NCBI RefSeq assembly: GCF_964355755.1
Contig: NC_092676.1
Span: 4,007,888 to 4,071,887 of the forward strand
Direction: 5' to 3'
Origin: Antedon mediterranea
Taxonomy: Eukaryota; Animalia; Echinodermata
Length of the DNA: 64,000 bases
The translations under genes were made by a program, and so were the position numbers. Position 1 is the stretch's first letter; each line of letters begins with the position of its first letter. Below the pieces are notes generated by a model that was not told where the DNA came from, did no database searches, and saw nothing but the letters and a program-made list of their open reading frames with translations. This document shows positions 63,919-64,000 of this stretch, one piece after another.

Positions 63919-64000
63919 CTAGATGGTACGCTCGCTTCGCTCGCGTACCATCTAGGTCGTGCCCACAGATGGTTCTCGAATACATAATAATTTCAGCATT
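63919..64000 (-). mobile_element. Helitron H1 3' end (third copy, cut by window end)
   Basis: CTAGATGGTACGCTCGCTTCGCTCGCGTACCATCTAGGTCGTGCCCACAG. Confidence 0.88.

Overview
AT-rich eukaryotic (invertebrate animal-like) genomic DNA with spliced genes; no prokaryotic features. (1) 1375-21878 (+): the 3' part of a PICALM/AP180 (LAP/UNC-11-like) clathrin-assembly gene, reconstructed as about 13 phase-compatible exons ending ...DPFGSL*, with introns full of minisatellites and MITEs. (2) 24.3-45.8 kb: transposon-rich region with a long-TIR foldback element, two non-autonomous Helitrons, nested LINEs and an ~8 kb 83-bp satellite. (3) From a probable signal-peptide exon at 28451 and clearly from 46127 to past the window end (+): a gene with three tandem SRCR exons, a Cys-rich LRR N-cap exon and an array of single-LRR phase-2/phase-2 exons (9 intact, at least 2 disabled). 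Most striking: five near-identical duplicated LRR exon+intron units differ almost only at the codons for the concave-face residues (SLYDN, DLGSN, NLYSN, DLRGN, NLRWN), suggesting an exon-cassette-diversified SRCR-LRR recognition receptor. All gene models were read by eye from splice signals and phase; no expression data or database search was available.
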